In this document: piece by piece, positions 61,001-64,000 of the stretch
Position numbering within the stretch: position 1 is the first letter of the stretch
How the letters are laid out: each line of letters starts with the position of its first letter
Notes under the pieces: model-generated
Databases searched by the model: none
What the model saw: the letters and a program-made list of their open reading frames with translations, nothing else
What the model was told of the DNA's origin: nothing
Origin: Chitinivibrionales bacterium
Lineage (GTDB): Bacteria; Fibrobacterota; Chitinivibrionia; Chitinivibrionales; WJKA01
DNA length: 64,000 nucleotides
Assembly (NCBI GenBank): GCA_038247415.1
Contig: JBBRUX010000017.1
Span: forward strand, 8,910-72,909
Reading direction: 5' to 3'
Translations under genes and position numbers: made by a program

Positions 61001-61255
61001 TTATGTTTCAACTAACATCCGATAAAGAGAATGCTGTGAGATCACAAATCTGAAATTGTGTTCAGGCATTTGTAAATGGGGGGAACGGATGGTTGATTCT
61101 TTGAGATTGGTGGAAAGAGAGTGGAGCGAATGCAAGCTTGATGATTTGCTGAGGTTATTAATTGAAATTCCTCCTTTTCTGGCACCGCGAGCATATTCAA
61201 CCATGATTTTTTTGATCCTGTTAGGGCGGAATCTAGCCGCTTTCTCATCAAACAT
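61001..61255 (-). pseudogene. Possible decayed tyrosine recombinase C-terminal fragment
   Basis: ...ISINNLSKSSSLHSLHSLSTNLKES resembles the K..S.HSLRHS.AT.L.E box with the Arg lost. Confidence 0.3.
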
Positions 61256-61495
61256 AATTCCCCACGTTAGGGCATCACCAAAGTATATTGCTAAAAGGAC
61301 ATTTTTTATTGGGGTGCAAGGATTATCTAGGAAGCTAAAGAATCAAAATTGCCTGGATATATTTGTAGGTAAGCAAAAAGGATCTTCAAGCAATAAATAG
61401 TGCAGGGGATTAGATAGCTTTCTAGGGCCCGCAGTCGGCTAAAAACAAAACGATGCATATGAGCTGCAAAACAAAATGAAGAAGGAAAATCTATA

Positions 61496-61730
61496 ATGAA
61501 AATGTCCCAACAGTGTATTTTGATACTTCTGTAATAGGGGGATGCTTTGATGATGAATTTTCAAAGTGGTCCATTCGATTGATGGAAGAATTAAAGAATG
61601 GGTTTTTTAAAGGGGCAACATCTGAAATTGTTGCAGCCGAAATTCAATTCGCACCAAAAGAAGTCAAAATACGATATGAATAGCATCAATGCTGTTAAAA
61701 TGGTTCGTGATAGTAGGGACAAAATGAGGT
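61496..61730 (+). pseudogene. Truncated PIN-domain toxin plus antitoxin remnant
   Basis: Frameshift after ATG 61496; PTVYFDTSVIGGCFDDEFSKWS..L...EI..AP then stop at 61683; followed by NAVKMVRDSRDKM. Confidence 0.65.
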
Positions 61731-61809
61731 GAAACCAAAATTACCTACAAACAAGTTGATTCTCCACAACGTATTCAAGAGGTATCCAAATTAAAGGAGC
61801 ACAATTATC

Positions 61810-62553
61810 ATGATGGTACGAGATATACTTCGCAGCGCGCTTTGCATGTGCGCTTTAGGGTTTGGTATGAATATGTTTGCTGCGGGGCCATCAATTCAGT
61901 TTGATGCCGAAATCGCGCAGGTTGGTTCGATTGCCGAAGGCAGTGTTTCTGAAATTAAGCATGAATATCATTACACCAATACGGGTGATGCAACTTTAAA
62001 GCTCACTGATGTGCGACCGGGATGTGGGTGTACGCTTGTTCGGTTTGATACGGTTATAGCGCCCGGAAAAACGGGGGTGCTTACCGCGCGTGTCAATATA
62101 ACTGCATTAAGCAATGGCCATTTTTCTAAATCTATCACCGTGCTTTCTAATGCTTCCAATAAGCCTACGGCAAGGCTTGAAATAAGTGGCACCTTTGCTC
62201 CTTATGTTGCAGCAACACCTGAATATATTCGCATTGTAAATAACAAAGAGGCGACGGTTATTACCATGACCACTACTTTGGCATCGTTTGAAGTAAAAAA
62301 GATAACGTTTAAACCTACTACCCGCAACGGGGCTGCAACCGATGTGGTCGCTTGGCAAGTTCCCTTGCCGGTGTTTGTTAATTTTAAACAAACCATGGTT
62401 GACAGCACAAAAACATCAGATTCTCATATGTACAAAATTGAGCTTTCCTCAGATGTCTCACAAACGCAGGAGATAGAGGGCTTATTTATAATTCAGACAA
62501 ATCATCCGCATAAAGAAGAACTTTCTATTCGGGGAAAAATCTATCCTCAATAA
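61810..62553 (+). CDS. Secreted DUF1573-domain protein
   Basis: Signal peptide; YTNTGDATLKL.DVRPGCGCT...IAPGKTG, FSKSITV.SN. Confidence 0.85.
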   Translation: MMVRDILRSALCMCALGFGMNMFAAGPSIQFDAEIAQVGSIAEGSVSEIKHEYHYTNTGDATLKLTDVRPGCGCTLVRFDTVIAPGKTGVLTARVNITALSNGHFSKSITVLSNASNKPTARLEISGTFAPYVAATPEYIRIVNNKEATVITMTTTLASFEVKKITFKPTTRNGAATDVVAWQVPLPVFVNFKQTMVDSTKTSDSHMYKIELSSDVSQTQEIEGLFIIQTNHPHKEELSIRGKIYPQ

Positions 62554-62591
62554 GAGCCGCACTACAACAATTTTTTAAAAAGTAGCAATTC

Positions 62592-63548
62592 ATGACGCTT
62601 CCAATTGAGCATTCATACAAACATCTTTTTGGGCCTATACAGTCCCGTCGACTTGGTGTGTCGCTTGGTGTTGATCCTATTGTGTTCAAGACCTGCACGC
62701 TCGATTGTGTCTACTGCGAATGTGGAGCCACAACGAATCTTACCGATCGGCGGTGCGAATATGTTGCTTTTCAGGAAATTATTGATGAACTGCGTGATTG
62801 TCTCGAAAAGCAACCGATTCTGGATTTTGTCACCTTTGGTGGAAGCGGGGAACCAACACTGTATTCCCGTTTGGATGATGTGTGCTCATTTATCAAAACA
62901 CAGTATCCTACCTATAAAACAGCTTTGCTCACTAATGGAACACTTTTTATAGATCCAGATGTGCGCAGCGCAAGTTGTTTATTTGATCGCGTGCTTCCAT
63001 CGCTTGATGCAATATCTCAGGATGTATTTGAAACGATAAATCGACCTGTTAAGCACATGGATAATAAGCGAGTCATTGAAGGTCTTATCGCTTTCTCGCA
63101 TGAGTATACCAAAGAATTATGGGTAGAGGTTTTTGTTATCCCTGGTGTAAACGATTCAGAAAGCGAGCTTGCTCGTTTTAAAGAGGTACTTACTCAAATG
63201 CGGTTGTCGCGGGTGCAGCTCAATTCGCTGGATCGGCCGGGTACCTGCGCAGATGTTAAGCCTGCGTCCGCAGAAAGACTTGGTGAAATCGCCAATTTTC
63301 TCCTTCCTTTGCCTGTTGAAATTATTTCCCGCAATCAAATGGTGTACAAGGCAATTGCCCTGCAAGATGATCTTATTAAAATCCTGTGCAGCACGCTTGC
63401 CCGAAGGCCCATGATGCTCGAAGAACTCGCGATTCTTACGGGCAGGCATATCAATGAAACACGTGAAATTCTTGCCGAATTGATCTCTCAAAAGCGTATC
63501 GCAGTGAGCCAAGTTGGTCCCTTCACGTTTTATCAAATTCCTACCTGA
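62592..63548 (+). CDS. Radical SAM protein
   Basis: FGPIQSRRLGVSLG, CTLDCVYC, GSGEPTL, LTNG, PSLDA, LDRP. Confidence 0.9.
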   Translation: MTLPIEHSYKHLFGPIQSRRLGVSLGVDPIVFKTCTLDCVYCECGATTNLTDRRCEYVAFQEIIDELRDCLEKQPILDFVTFGGSGEPTLYSRLDDVCSFIKTQYPTYKTALLTNGTLFIDPDVRSASCLFDRVLPSLDAISQDVFETINRPVKHMDNKRVIEGLIAFSHEYTKELWVEVFVIPGVNDSESELARFKEVLTQMRLSRVQLNSLDRPGTCADVKPASAERLGEIANFLLPLPVEIISRNQMVYKAIALQDDLIKILCSTLARRPMMLEELAILTGRHINETREILAELISQKRIAVSQVGPFTFYQIPT

Positions 63549-63656
63549 AAACATAAGTGTTCCGTTTTTTTGACCTCTTTCTTGACTCTTCGCGCTGAGT
63601 ATGAGATGATTGAATTATGAAACAATCATTGTATGTTCATTAGCGGGGAGATCAGT

Positions 63657-64000
63657 ATGGCTTGCAGTGCTGCAAAAGTGCTTGTGATAGCAGAAATCGT
63701 GCTAGTAAGCATGGTTGCGTTTTCTCTGGCAAATGAATCTACCGAAGGAATATCTCCCAATGAGGCCATAGCAAAGCTCATGGAAGGTAATCGTAGATTT
63801 GTAACCAATAAGCCAGCGCACCCTAACCAGAAATCAACCCGGCGGTATGAAGTTGCTGCGCATGGTCAAAAACCGTTCGTATCTATTCTTTGCTGTGCAG
63901 ATTCGCGCGTCCCTCCCGAGGTGATATTTGACGCGGGGCTTGGTGACCTTTTTGTTGTACGCGTAGCTGGTAATATCGCCGATCCTACTGAGCTTGGGTC
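63657..64000 (+). CDS. Beta-class carbonic anhydrase, 3'-truncated by window edge
   Basis: Not in ORF track; translated by hand: ..LMEGNRRFV..GQKPF.SILCCADSRVPPEVIFDAGLGDLFVVRVAGN; signal-like N-terminus. Confidence 0.93.
   Translation, partial: MACSAAKVLVIAEIVLVSMVAFSLANESTEGISPNEAIAKLMEGNRRFVTNKPAHPNQKSTRRYEVAAHGQKPFVSILCCADSRVPPEVIFDAGLGDLFVVRVAGNIADPTELG

Noticed and set aside
1..64000. CRISPR array, rRNA, intact IS or prophage
   Set aside because: No repeat-spacer arrays, rRNA signatures, transposases or phage structural genes (other than vgrG) seen

Overview
Bacterial chromosomal window that is mostly housekeeping genes (apt, asnS, lptD, lipid A acyltransferase, N-terminal-only purH, topA, trmFO, rpmB, batA-E, recQ, tRNA-Leu). 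Secreted proteins with FlgD-Ig-like C-terminal tails, beta-helix glycan enzymes, a Bat operon and flagellar genes suggest a motile anaerobe, plausibly Fibrobacterota (inference only). Best candidate for a new system: a minus-strand four-gene operon (13.8-18.3 kb) encoding a phytoene-desaturase-family oxidoreductase, a flavodoxin/ferredoxin, a CqsA/LqsA-type PLP alpha-hydroxyketone autoinducer synthase, and a response regulator whose only other domain is an acyl-carrier-protein-like fold lacking the phosphopantetheine serine. Nearby is a ketosynthase-less ACP-GcvT-like-FabG-FabD cluster. Other observations: an orphan vgrG preceded by two large proteins with internally duplicated domains, three GGA-loop hairpins (CsrA-type) in a sigma-28-driven flgM leader, a highly structured intergenic region, an internally deleted chemoreceptor and decayed PIN toxin-antitoxin and recombinase remnants. 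All family calls come from visual motif recognition; no searches were run.
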